A stretch of DNA of 64,000 nt, taken from contig JAYWIR010000050.1 in NCBI GenBank assembly GCA_036172245.1, positions 186,001-250,000 of the forward strand, written 5' to 3'. The notes beneath the pieces are model-generated. The model searched no databases and had not been told where the DNA came from. It saw nothing but the letters and a program-made list of their open reading frames with translations. The position numbers and the translations under genes were made by a program. The first letter of the stretch is position 1, and the number at the start of each line of letters is the position of its first letter. The stretch is from Raillietiella orientalis. Its lineage: Eukaryota. Of this stretch, positions 1-12,555 are shown in pieces.

Positions 1-1560
1 AAAGTAGAGACGGCGATCGGCTCGTTCCGAGGCGGCAGGTTTTTCCTGCCTGAACGGGCCGCGGTTTGGAACACGTTCGCGGCTCCTCTCCTCCGCCCCC
101 TGCTTTTTGTTTGCCCCCCCACAGAGAGAATTAAAAAGCGGACAAAGGATCTCCTCCGTATCGCCCTTTGGGGCAACGGGAGGGCCCGAGTCCGCTTAAA
201 GGACTTGTGCGCTCCTCGTCGGGATGGTGGTCTGGGCCTCCTGACGCTGGAGCGGCTGGAGCATCAGCTCCAGTTCCGCTTGTCGGCACTCGTTCCAGAG
301 TTGTGGTGCACCTGTTGGTGCGTCCCTGCACGTCTCCTTCCCCAGCAAGCCACCGGCAAGACGGGACTGACGTCGTTTCTTGCACTCCGTCGCCGCGTCA
401 ACCGATGCGGACTCCAGCTACGGAGGGTGGCTGCGCTGTATCGGAAAATCCCAGGATTGCTCACCTGACGCCCGTTTAACGGTAGTGCCTGGTTGCAGGA
501 AACCGTTCGCACGTGGGGACAGTTCGGCATGCAACGCTACCAACAGGAACGACGGTTCCTGTTTGGGGGTTACAGAAGCTGCACGCTCCTAGAGATCCTG
601 GAGGATCCGAAGAAGAGAGCATGGTCAGGAAGAACCCCTGTCGCTGCTGCACTGGCCTCCCTAGTAAAAGATCAGGACAGCGATGTTTCGGCGGAGTGGG
701 AGGTTAACATGATAATCTCCGGAAAGGAGAAGAAGCAGGGAGAGTGGAAGACGGGCCAGTTAAGAGACGCTGCGACCCCGAGTACGCCTCCCAATGGACT
801 TCTGCTCTGGGGCGCGCTGCTCGATGTTCCCATTGAACATTTGAAGTGGCCCCCTGTGCTCATGAACACTTCCACCCTCTCCTTAAAATGGCAAGAGTCG
901 GCATTCCTGTTGCAGCACTGGGGACTCCCCTGCAACGCCCGCCGACACCACTGGACCTGGGGAGCGGTCGATCCGAACTCTGTTAGGTGTGGGGAACGGG
1001 AGTCCCTCCCCCACCTCCTAGTGGATTGTGTTGCCTTTCGGCACCTTTGGCTCCGCTCTGCCGCGGCCATGGGCATCCCCTGCGGTAACCCCAGGAACGC
1101 ATTAAAAGCCCTCTTCGTTGCCGAAGCACTTCGGCCAGCGGCCTCGATAGCGGCCTTGTGCTGCCTTCGCGGGATCGTCGCCGCATGGAACACGGCTACG
1201 GGAGGATCACGCGATAAGGGTGCCATCCTGCATGACCCAATATTTTTGAGGAGGGCGTAGGGGTGGCCCCACCTGGATGCAGGATTTCAGAAAGAGCTTG
1301 CCGGCATTCTGCGAAGGATGCAACGGTCCCAGTAGCAACAGTGATCCCTTCCCTTACCCTCCTACCTTTTCTTTTTTTTTTATTTAATTTTTTTGTTTTT
1401 GCCCCTTCCCCCTGCTGCCGTGGTGGACCGTACCTGTCTGCGAACCGGTGACCTAGCAGGTTCTGTGTTTTTTCATGCGTGGTGGCTGAACTGGTCCAGC
1501 CACAGCACGTCTTTGTTAAAGTTTATTTTTTTTAATTAAGGAGCCTGCAAAATCCGGTTG
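1..1560 (+). mobile_element. Decayed L1/Tx1-clade LINE, 3' part of ORF2 (post-RT, CCHC zinc knuckle) plus T-rich 3' UTR
   Basis: LCAPRRDGGLGLLTLE motif (205+) and HWGLPCNARRHHW...CGERESLPHLLVDC (zf-RVT-like), broken by frameshifts. Degenerate family terminus ...ccggttg at ~1560. Confidence 0.85.
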
Positions 1561-1562
1561 AA

Positions 1563-4344
1563 AATGGAACCCGTTTTGTAGATCGTGCGCGACCGCCAAG
1601 GCACCCGGCGCTTCCTCAGGCCGAATGCAGCGACGCCTAGCCCTGGCAGCCGCAGATGCGGTTGCCTGGCTGTCGTGCGCCACGCGTCGCTGCATTTCGA
1701 ACCACGTGAGCGCGAAGAACAGCTTCGCTTCAATGGACCGTCCGGGTACAGCGTAGGACTGTTCCGGCCTCACCACTGATGCCGCGCTCCTGCCTAGGCG
1801 CTCGACCCACCGCCTGGAGAACAACTTGACGTCCGAATTCACGAAGGTGAATGGACGCCAATTGCTTAATTGGTGCATGTCTCCGCCTTTCGGCAAGAGA
1901 CGCACCCTTGCTGAGCGGAACGAGGCCGGGACATTGCCCGTCTCTCGCATCAGCGAAGAAAGTCTCAGCACCGGGGGGATGAGTTCTTCCGCGAAGCACT
2001 GGAAGAACTCCGCAGGCGGGCCATTTTCACCAAGCTCCTTTCGCCTGTTTAGGCCCGCTATGACGGAAGACACTTCTTCCACCGTAAAGGGCACATCCAA
2101 TGTGGCTCGTTCCTCCTCGTCGACGGCGGAGACATCCGCCGGCTAACTTAGCTCAGAGATACTGCGTTCCATCGGCTCCCTTGCATACAACGAGTAGTAA
2201 TAGCGCTTTCGGACGCGGTGAACTTCGGAAGTGCCGCGCCCTGAGCCCCTGCGGTCGCAGTCCATTTGCGTATATCTTTCTATTGCGTCGACCAGGAACT
2301 CTTTCTGTAGCTCCTGTAACGCATGGGATGTCCAAGCGTCTTCCTGGCTTACGGCAGCTCCTGCTGGCGCTTCGAGCTAATTATCGTTACTTTCAGAGGC
2401 TAGCACATGTACGACGTGCCGTTTTATCTCGACATATGGCAGAGTGACAGCCTAAGCTCCCTACTCTTCAGCACTTATTTCGAATTGATGCTGAGGGTGT
2501 ACAGGGAGACTCTGGAGCACCTGCAGCGCGATTGTCCCGGCGCGCCGGCCGTGTCGTCGTATGCTGATCATCTGCTCCTGCTGCCCATGTCCGGAGTTTC
2601 CGCAGTCGAAAAATTTTTCGTCCTGCTGAGCCGCGGGACAGGACTCCGGGTGATCAGGGAGAACTCGTCGGTGATAGCGGTTGGAGCAATGTAAGCAGGA
2701 CCACCTGACTGGATCCACTTGGGGGTCCCCACGAACAGGTACTTAAAGTACCTTGACATTCCATTGGGGACTTTTATCCGTCAGAAGTTCTGGTTAGGTC
2801 GCCTCCAGAAAGTCGATTTGGCGATTGGCCCGTTCCTGGAAGCAAGTTCCACTTTCCAAAACGAGCCGCGGTGTGGAACTCGTTCGTGGCCTCCCGCCTC
2901 GTTCCCTGCTTTTTGTTTGCCCCATACTTCGTAAGTTGAAAAATAGGTTCAAGAACTTCCTGCGCATCGCCCTGTGGGGCAGCGGAAGGCCCGGTGCGCC
3001 TCTGTAGGGCTGTGCGCTTCGCGTCGGGATGGCAGTCTCGGCCTCCTGACGCTGGAGCGAATGGAAATACAGCTGAGATGGCGAGCCATGGTCATCGCAG
3101 CAAAGTACTGGTGCATCCATTGGTGCGCTCCCGACCACTTCCCTTGCCAGCCGTGTATCCGGAGCAGGAGGGCTCTCATCTCATCTTCTGTGACCCGGCC
3201 GGAAGATAAGATGCGGCCTTCTCCTCGGACGCATGATTTTCTTGGCCAAGGAGAACGGCTGGATGGTCTGCTGCCCCATCAACTCCAGCGCATGGCTGAA
3301 AAAACCGTTGGCACGTGGGCAAAGCTCAACCAGTTCCGAGATGAACCCTGGAACTGCCTGCGAACTGGCATCTACGCCCTCTGCTCGCTGCGGAAGATGC
3401 TCAAGTGTCGAGCCAGGAGCACGTGGCTGGAGATGACCCCACCTACCATGGCGCAGTCCTCTTTGAGGAGAGAGCTTGGCAGCAGCCGAACGCTGAGGTG
3501 GCAAGTCTACTTCGGAATAGCAGGCAGCAAAAAGATATTAAGTGGTTGGACCATGAGGGAGTTGGCCGAGGTCACTACACCGAACGTCCTTTTGCTGAGA
3601 TTGCAGAGATGGGGCGAGCTTCTGGGCATCCCGTCCGATGACCTAAAGTGATCCTCGGTGTTGAAACACTCATCTACTCTCCCCATCAAGTGGCAAGAGT
3701 GTTGCACTGTGTTATCCCCTGCAACTCGCGCCGCCACCACTGGACGCTGGGGGAGGTGAGACAGAACTGTGCAGTTTGCTTGCAAAAGGAATCCGTCCCC
3801 CACCTGTTAGTGGACTGCGCTGCCCTCCGGCCCTTGTGGGAACGTTTTGCTACGACCCTCCGGATGCCGGTCGGCAGTACCCCCAGAGACGTTGTATGCC
3901 TCCTCTTCGTGCGAGACGCCCTGCCACCAGCCTCAACCCTGGCAGCGCTCTGCTGCCTCCGAGGGATTGTGGCTGCGTGGAGCGCAGCCAACAGAGAAAG
4001 CAGCGATAGCAAAGCACCCCATCGTACACGCGGGTCGCTACCTGAGGATCTCGATTGGATGGTCCCATCTGGGAGCTATGCAGAGGAACCTCGAGGGCAT
4101 CCTGTAAAGGATGGACCTTCCCTTTAGCAGACCGTGATCCCTTCTTGGACCTCCAAAGTGTTTCGTTTTTGTTTTCTGTTTATTTTTTTCTCGGTTTTTC
4201 CCCCATCCCCCTCCGCTGCCGAGGAGAGTCGCGCCGGTCTGCGTACCAGCAACCCGGTAGGTCCCGTAATGCATTAGCCGTAATGTGGCCTGGTACCACG
4301 AATATACAGTTGAGGTTTATGAAACGCTCTGGAATGACCGGGTC
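1563..4344 (+). mobile_element. L1/Tx1-clade LINE copy with inverted 5' segment (1563-~2275 antisense RT N-terminus; ~2275-4344 sense RT to 3' end)
   Basis: Minus strand reads FTVEEV...GENGPPAEFF...LLPKGGD...NWRPFTFVNSDVKLF...EQSYAVPGRSI up to the AFD-equivalent (GFH). Plus strand resumes at F(Y)CVDQELF, then QSDSLSSLLF, SYADH (YADD), LCASRRDGSLGL, CAVCLQKESVPHLLVDC. Terminus ctctgg-aatga-ccgggt. Confidence 0.85.
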
Positions 4345-4829
4345 ACGCAGCTGACTGCACGTTCGCGATAGCGTAGCAGACGCTCACGGCATCCACAATG
4401 TTCCGCGGGCTCGTCTTCCGGCAGCCAACCGGGAAGGACGGTAGCTGCCGCTTCCTGAAAACACTCGACTGCCGCTGTGCTTGGAGCGAGATGTGCACCA
4501 GGTCCTCCCTGTCGCCCGCGAGCCACCACTCCGAACAGGAAAAGCGCCAGAGGACTGAGGAGCTGAGCGGTCGCGGGAGTGCGTATTCGGCGGCCCGCTC
4601 GCTACAGTGCCATCCGTTCGCCGATCGCAGATCAAGTGCGCGCACTTGGCAGCGAAGAAGGCCCGTGGCCCATTCGGGGAGCTCGTCGACCATCGCGGGC
4701 ATCCCGTGCTTCCATACTATGGGGGAAAGGGACGATCCCCTCCTGCTCGCGTGACTGCCCAGCGGCGACGCGACAGGCGGAGAGTGGAAAGCGAAACCTC
4801 CAGAGCTCAAGAAGAAATGTATTGGGGAC

Positions 4830-7800
4830 TCAAAGGCGGTTGTAGAATGTGATGGTCCTCTTTGCCCAGTCGAACTCCGTTGGGTACTTGGCGGTAACGA
4901 TGTCTCCCAGGATGAACTCGTTCTTCAGACCAAGAGTGCTCTTCAGATACGAGTAGCACAGGTTCCTCGCTTGGAACTGCGGCGGGGGGTCACTCCGGAG
5001 TTCTAAGCGGAGGCCGACTCACCTTCGCAATATAGTCGTCCGAGTCGAACTCGAGAGCGGATTTCCCAATGGTGATGCTCAGCTTGCCTTCTGGGAGGGA
5101 CGCGCAAGACACCTGTTCGGAGCACGGAGGGATGCGGGAGATGGAAGGGGATGACCCCGAGTACCTGGAGGAGTGACTCTGCGTAGACACCTTGATTCTG
5201 CACGCTGCTTCTGTATTTGTTAAAGACATCCTGGGGCACGAGAATCCCTCTGACCGACGGATTGACCAGGACGGTGCACTCTCGATCGCATAGGGTGAGG
5301 TCGCCAATGGTGATGCTGGAACGGAAGGGAGGAAGCGTTCGGGGACTCCCGCTGCCCAAGGCCGGTAGGGAAAAGCTCACTTATTGGACTTCAGCCTCCA
5401 CTCCTTCTTCTTCGGCTTTGGGGACAGGGTGGCCGTCACCACCACCGGGCCTTTCTTCGCTGGGGTGCCCCCGAGCATCAAGGTCCCCGAGAAGCACTCC
5501 ATCCCCGCAGATCTGCAAAGCAGACACGGGTCAGGAACGCCTCGCAGGCGTCGTCAATATCTCGGAGCCTTTCATGGTCCCTGCCGCTCTCTTATCCGCA
5601 CGGAAGGGGGGGGAAGGGGCGGACGTGAGCGTGCTGCCGCGATGGCAGACACCAGCGAAGAGCGGAAAGGCAACTTCGGGATTTCGCGCTCCTCCCACTA
5701 CGCGCTCGGAGGCTTCGAACAGGGTGGGGGGCGCCGGAGGCGGCGCGTGCATGCTCCCCTTTCCCTCCCTGCCCTTTGTCGGGGCGGAACCAGCGACTTG
5801 GCTGACACCGCCGGTCCCAAGTTGACCTTTTAACCAGCGCGTGCAGTGACTCAAAGGTTCCACGGGAAGGGCAGAAAGAACGTGGCGCTTCCGATCACTA
5901 AGATCAGCGTCGGCGGACGTAGCACCAGGCATTCCATTTCCAGCGGGGGAAAGAGTCGACGCCGAGGACCGAGGGATGCGTCTTCTGATTGGGGTTCTCC
6001 ACCCCCCTGCCTTACAAAAGGACTCTGGTTGGCCCGTTCGGATGTTGCTCTAGTGGCAGCCGGAAACCTCCGATGTCCCCTCTAAATTACCGAGGTCAAG
6101 ACTCAGGGTCCCCGCGACGGCGAGGGGAGAGGAGGTAACGCTTACGCCCTGACAACGGCGACTACTAGGATCAGAGTTGAGGGCACCGTAACTCCGAGAA
6201 GCTCGGGTTCGAATTCTACCCGGGGGGAACGAGGATGGATGCCACGAGCGTGAGGGAGCCAGATGATCCCTTCCTCCCCCAGAGCCCGTCCTGGATTCCT
6301 AGTATGGCCCCTCCGTGGTGATTGAAGAATCATGAGCGCCCTAGGGTCGTATGGGTGGTGCTGAAGGGCTTGATGACCCCTCCTCCTTCTTTTTTCCCCC
6401 GAGGGGAGGAGGACGATTCCCCAGCTCTCCTTGGGAACCAAACGGAAAAAATGAAAGAAGCATAAAAGGAGGACTTCCAGAAGGACTAGCTCCTTCAGCT
6501 CCGCTGTGCTGGAAAGCCGGCAGCGGTCTATGGGGCCGGGAGCGTCGCCGGGCGACGCACGGAGCTGTCGATCCGCCTCCCGAGGAACTGACGGCTCACA
6601 TGCTCGCGTCGCCGGGGTTCCGTCCATCGAGCGCCCCCGGCGGCGGCCTCGTGAGCTCGCGCCTGACCGTACCTCTCCATCTCCACGAAGAACTTCCTCT
6701 GGGTGATCTTCTTCTGGACGATGAGGTTACCCAGTAAGGATTTGCTCTTCGGGTCTTTCGTGACTTCGTCTGGGGCCAGTCCGATCATGCCGTAGGGGGA
6801 CTTGACATCATAGAACGGAAGATCCACCTCGTTGGCTACCCCGAACACCTGCTTCGCGAGGTTGATGCTCCCCACCTGGAAGGAGAGAGAGAATGGAACC
6901 ACCGACTGCTTTCGACAGCCCTTTTCCCCCTCCTCCTCGCGGTCCGGGGTCGCAGGCGAGGACTCCCGGCGGGACAACCACCTCGAGGTACGTTTCTCTT
7001 CCGCGACAGCATCCGCTCCAGGGGCCCCACGGACGGACGCTGTCTGAGCGGAGCGTCGAAGGGCGCGCCGTCCAGAGAGAGGTCGACCAGCTGGAGGCCG
7101 CTCATTCCCACAAGGCATCGACGTGACCTGCGGGAGTTCCCGGAAAGTGCAGTCGCACTCAGCTGTTTGCCCACGACCGCTTTCCTCGTAGAACGGCATT
7201 GGGAAAAGCGGTCATCAAGAAGCGAAGAGGCGTCGAGGATCGGAGCCCCGATAGGAGGCAGAGCTGCCCACAGGCGCTTTGGTCGCCCCGAAGAAAACGC
7301 AGTGGGCAAGCGTGGAACCGGATCTTCGGCTCGTCCTCTGGAAAGCCAACAGGCCGCCTCGTTGGGGGTCAGCTCTATCGGTGAAGAGAAGAGGACAGAA
7401 ATCCACCCGCGCATGGGGCGAACGAAGTGGACCTCCAGTGCCACAGGGTATCGTGGCCGAGACACCAGCCCGGCAGTACCTGAGAACCTCGGTCACTTTG
7501 GCGTCGGAAAAAGCCTTTCCGGAAATGTCCTTTGCTGCCTTTGCTGGCGTATGACGTCACGCTTGCCGGATCACCCGACCGTCCTTGTCGCGGCGCGCAC
7601 TCTCTCGCGGGAAACCCACGCACTCACGTTGATGTTGTCTCTGGCGAGAGTCCCCTTGGCATGACCCACGGCGGCCATGGACGTAAAGGGCTTCCTCATG
7701 TTGGAAAACGAGGTGGAATTTGCCGCTGCGTACCCTCTGTGCTTTTCTGAGGGAGAAAGTGAGGCGGGTTGCTTCAGGAGGCGTCCCTCCCTACCTTTTC

Positions 7801-9878
7801 TGAGGTCTCTTGAGAGCGTGAATTGCGCTCCTGGTAGCCAGATTGCGTTGTCCATGGTGTTGATGACAAGATTAAACTGCACCTTCCTGCTGCCGAAGGT
7901 GCTCTTTACGTAGCGCAGCTGAAAGAAAAGGGAAGAAGAGGTGGAGGGAAGCGGAGGGAAAAAATGGCACGTTCCGGGACGTACGTCTCCAAGCAACCGC
8001 AAGTTTTGCTTCCTCCCTCCCCTCCTGCGCTACTGCCGAAAGCGAGCCTACGGCGGCAACGTCCGCATGAGCAAGAGACGTGGACACACCGCGCTGTTCG
8101 CGCTCTTCTCGCGTGGAGCGACTCCGTCGGCGAACCGAGCGCTCCGCAGCAGTGCAAGCGCCCAAAGTCTCGCCTTTCTGCACCCTCGGTCCTCTCTTCG
8201 ACGGCCTAGTCTCCTCTTCCAGGAACCCTCTCCATCCGGGATCCGAAGAGTCTCCCGTCTACCTTCCGATCATCTCAGCGGAGACAAAGTGGCAGCCCGA
8301 TTTCCGGACGTTTCCGAAGCATTTCCACTCATAACCAGTGCCTTCGAGCGACCCCTCCAGTGGATGTGTTCAAGTCCATGCAACGGTGGTTGCACTCGCC
8401 CGTTATCTTCGCACTTCCTCCATCCCCCCTCTCCCCTTTTAGCTGCGCGGTTCCCCTTTGCCCCACACGCGCGCGCGCATACGGAAGGACGACGGCATGG
8501 CGGTGGGAGATAGGCCAGATCGCAAGCAGCACCAGGAGGACCGACTCACCGGTCAGATCTCGCAGTCGTCCCGGGTAGACATGGTTCCCGGAAAAGGCAG
8601 CGCACAACGACGACGCTCTGGCGAGCGCAATTCGCGCGCACCCGCGCTCGCAACAAGGGAGGAAGCGCGACCGAACAGGGGAGGGACTCGGCCACTCATG
8701 CTGCAATCGTGCTGCCCTCCGGTGATGGAGACTCGAGTGTGCCGACTGCTGCTCCACGCGCGGAGAACGATCGGTGGCGCTAAGCAGAGCACCACGTTCG
8801 CGCCCCGATCGCCGGAGCAGTCCTCCACGGCTGCCTTTGCGAAACGCACTGGCGATACAATGCTCGGAATAGCCTCTAGCGAGAAAGGAGTGCCATCTAC
8901 TCGGCGACTTACTTATTATCGAGGAGGGAGACTAGATGGCAGCACCGAGTAGGCTCGAAGTGTGCTTGCGACTTGCATGCATCGTGAAAAAAAAGTTGCG
9001 CCTAGGAGCACAGAGGATAAGCATCTCCTTTTTTGACACCGCTTTTCCTTCTCTCTGCCGTGGTCTCCCGATGACAAGTAGGCTTGCTTCTCCGCGGCCA
9101 CGCCCGTTAGCAGCCCATTTGAGATGCCGTCCGTCTCTGGCTGTTGTAAAGACGCAGCGAGCGTCCCGGTGCGATCGATTGCGAAGGGCAGAGAATTCGA
9201 CCCGATCTATGCGGAATCCTCCCGGCAATAAAGAGGGAAAGCGGAAGTTTGGCGATGCTCCATCCAAGCAGTGCAGCAGCGGTGGCTGAAGAGTCGGGAA
9301 CCTCTTTCTCTTCAGTTCAGCGAGCGCTTTCTCGTTCGTTCAGTGTTGGCGCGCGCGCGTTCCGTGGGCGTTCAATCCACCCATGGTGCCCGGTGAAACG
9401 CAGGAAGGGGCGACTCCCGCCTGGAGAGAGAGATGCGGCGCTGAGCGCCATCTCGAAGGATGCTCATCTAGGTGCCCTCGGTCGCCACGCGCTTGTGGTC
9501 TGGCACAGCTCCAGCAGCTACGCGTGTCTCCGCGGTTCGACGCGTGCGGAACCGGGCGCCCTCGTCGGAGGGAACAGAACAGGGTGCGAGGAGGGAGCAA
9601 TACTCACCGAGCCATCGCACATCAGCTGTACGGTGATTCCTGGCTTCTGTGCTGCCGGCTTTACTGGCTTTACTGGCTTTACTGGCTTTACTGGCTTTAC
9701 TGGCTTTACTGGCTTTACTGGCTTTGCTGGACCCTTTGGCTTCTGACCCGGCTTCTGCCTTTGCCTTAATTCAGTCTGCTCCAGATCAGGAGCTTGCTCC
9801 ATGAGCATCTCCATTTCCGCCAAGCTGATTCCATCAAGCCCGTGGTGTTCATCCGCAGTGTCCACTTTGGAAACGCTG
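4830..9878 (-). CDS. Pepsin-family (A1) aspartic protease homolog, catalytically inactive; spliced, 5' exon(s) unresolved
   Basis: Phase-compatible GT-AG exons 9878-9608, 7918-7795, 7746-7628, 6875-6673, ~6298-6146 (least certain), 5315-5165, 5112-5023, 4976-4830. Colinear pepsin motifs: YVKSTFGSRKVQFNLVINTMDNAIWLP, HRGYAAANSTSF, QVFGVA..YGMIGLA, ITIGDLTLCDRECTVLVNPS, FDSDDYIAK, FILGDIVTAKYPTEFD. Confidence 0.85.
9657..9730 (-). repeat. 9-bp tandem repeat (GGCTTTACT)x~8 encoding (KPV)7 in the pepsin-like prosegment exon
   Basis: Directly visible; translates as AKPVKPVKPVKPVKPVKPVKPVKPA in frame with the exon ending at the GTGAGT donor (9607). Confidence 0.95.
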
Positions 9879-11519
9879 CTACAGTAGGAGGAGAAGCAGC
9901 TGAGGACAGTCTGTGATAAGGAACGCCCAACGGACGCATGCGCACGGTTCGGTCTTCAGAACGCCACAGATTCAATCGCTCCTCCTCAACAAGAAATCAT
10001 GGAACCCCCTGGCGCGGTTGCTATGGGGAGGAGATGGCTGCTGGCATCCGAGATTTCGAGACCTCAGTGAGTGGCTGCTCCGTGAGGGAAGAGCGCGCCG
10101 GATGCCTCTGCAGCCGCCGGCTTCCAGAGCATCCAGAGCCAAGCCGAGAGCAGTTTGGACGCGTCGGAAGAGCATGACAGCTTCCAAAGGACCACGCTCG
10201 CGGGAAGCGAGATGAACCGCATCCGTGCCCTCTGCAGCGCGAGATTTCCGGATGAAGTGACCACTCTTCGCGCCCGTACTCGAAAGCAGACGAAGCCTTG
10301 CTTGCTGGCGACGCCGGAATTATCGCCAGCGAGCTCGCTCGAGGAGGCTGCATAAACGTGAAATATAGATGAATTCTTCACTTTTCGCAAGCATTCTTTT
10401 AAGTCCAAATCACAGTCGCAGGATCCATCTCTTGGACCACCACGGAGGAGCCGCCGTGCGGATGGAGAGCCATCCGTGGCTCACGTGCGCGGGGGAGGGT
10501 GGAGCACGCTCCTGAAGAGAGAAGTGTCGAGCGCAGCTTCGGCTGCACACGTCACGCGCTGCGCCCACCCCCAATCCTCCACCGCGCGCGCGCGAGGACG
10601 GATTCCTCGATGGCTCCGAGGTGATGTCACGGCACGCTGGAAGCGCGCGCAGCGGCGTGCGGGCCGCTTCCTGTGCAAAGCGAGGCTGACGCCCTGCCCC
10701 CCCGCCGTGGCCTGGTCGCCGCCGTCATCCGTCCCGGCTCCGCGAGAGGCGGCCGGCGAACTGGATGCGCTTCCCCCCGGGAGCCAAAGGACTCGGCGAG
10801 GCAGCACTCTTACCTCTCTCCACGGGATAGGGAGAGCACACAGTGCCCCAGAAGGAAGAGCAGTACGCACATGTGCATTTTTCTTCCAGTTCTCCTTTCT
10901 CCCGGATCTGGAACGAAGGAGACGGCTGTCAGCATCTCGGTCGCCGAAAAGAGAAAGCTAACGCCAGAGGGGAAGGAATGGTGTGGTGACGCGGACCGCC
11001 AAGTTACTGAGCTCCTCCGGTTCCACCCTCCCCCTCGACCGATCGCCCCGTGGCTCTTCGGACACCCCCGTTCTTTTCCAAGAGTCGCCGACGACGACTC
11101 CAGTCTGTTCCGCAGCCCCCGGGCTTGCACGCGTCCGGAGTTCCCGCCCATCCCCGCGCGGCTTCTGCGCAGGGGGGACACTGCGGCGTCACCCGGGACA
11201 ACGACAGAGAGCTTGCGCCACGAGCTATCTGCATCCGCCAGACAGATGAAACCACATCCCGCGCAAAAAGCCCGATCCATCCCGACGCCTCCGCTTTTTG
11301 AGCGAAGCGGACGATGGAAATCCTTGGGTTCTTCTTTTTTCTTCTGTACGCTGTTTTCCTTTCAGCTTTTTCTTTTAGAATTTTTCTTTTTTTTTGGTTC
11401 GCTAAGTAACCTCAAGAGCCGGTCGCGTGCCTCGTGGCGCACGTGGATCTTTTTAAACATTAAACATTGTTTTGTTTCCACACCTCTCCGCCTGGGGCAG
11501 CCCGCAGGGGACGTGTAAT

Positions 11520-12060
11520 TCTTCAGGATAGGGGGCACTCCGGGATGGGGGTCCGACCTATGAATCCAGGAATGGCTCGGAGTCCGTTCCTCTCACGCTT
11601 GTTGCACCTCCCAGCCTGGTTGTCTCCCAAGGGGAACCTCGAAGGGAATCTCCTTCCTCATTCTCTCCGGAGGGACCCCTCCGGAAAGGGGGTGCTCCTC
11701 TCCATTTCAACTTCTCCGGAGGGAGTCCGCAAGGGAACCGCTCCTGTTCATTTCTCTGAAGAGATCCCCGAAGGGACGCTTCCTCAGAAGGGGCGCTGCA
11801 GCATCCCGCAGGGAATCGCTCTCGCTTGCTTCCTTGTGCACACTCTGTGAAGAGGCGACGACTCGGAGGGACCCCCCCGCAACGGGGAGGGTCCGCTCCT
11901 TTGAACAACTGGAGAGGTGCCCGTGAGGGCTCCTGATCCATCTTGAAACCGGAGGGGTCCCTCGGTGGGGGGGGGGTCCGCTCTCCGTTGTACGACAGGA
12001 GGGGGAACTCACCACTCCTTTATTCCTGGAAGGACCCGAAGGTCGACTCCCATTGTTCCG
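11520..12060. repeat. Unclassified GC-rich dispersed repeat, related to ~40270-40740
   Basis: atgaatccaggaatggctc..ggagtccgttcctctcac (11559+) matches atgaatccaggaagggctcc..ggagtccgttcctctcac (40288+); similar gaagggac/ggaggg blocks follow. Confidence 0.6.
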
Positions 12061-12329
12061 GCCTTCATCGGGGGCCTCCGGCTTAATCCACCGCCGGTGC
12101 CACGCCCGAATGTCTCGGCCAACCAGCGCCGTTGCAGGAGAAACTCGGAATCCGACGACGCAGTGGCGTCAGAGTTTCTGCCGGAGTATTCGAACCCGCG
12201 ACGCGTGGTGCCACACGCGGAAGAACTTAACCACAAGGTCTCCGACGCGGCTGGCTGTCTTGCCAAGCAACCAGGGACCACCGGACACATGGCAGTAGAG
12301 CGCTCCTGAGAGAGGCGACAAGGTCTCTT

Positions 12330-12555
12330 TCTCTCTCCCTCCTCCTCGTGGACAGAACCGCCCGCAAAGCGGCGGGACATTCCTTCGGGCAACCTCCTTC
12401 TCCTGCTTCTCCTTTCTTCCGTCTTCTTCTCCCTTCCTTTTCCTCCTCTACCCTTCCTCTTCCTCTTCCACCCTTCTGTTTCCTCCTCCACCCTTCCTTT
12501 CCCTCTTCCTCCTCCTCCTCTCTTTCTCCTTCTCCCTTTTTTTTTCCTCCCACGT
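12330..12555. repeat. Polypyrimidine (CCT/CTT-rich) low-complexity tract
   Basis: Directly visible; bracketed by the ~20-bp direct repeat cgcaaagc(g/a)gcgggacattc at 12363 and 12567. Confidence 0.8.

Noticed and set aside
9657..9730. CRISPR-like or prokaryotic repeat array
   Set aside because: Spacerless 9-bp coding tandem repeat in eukaryotic DNA; no CRISPR, rRNA or tRNA seen in the window.
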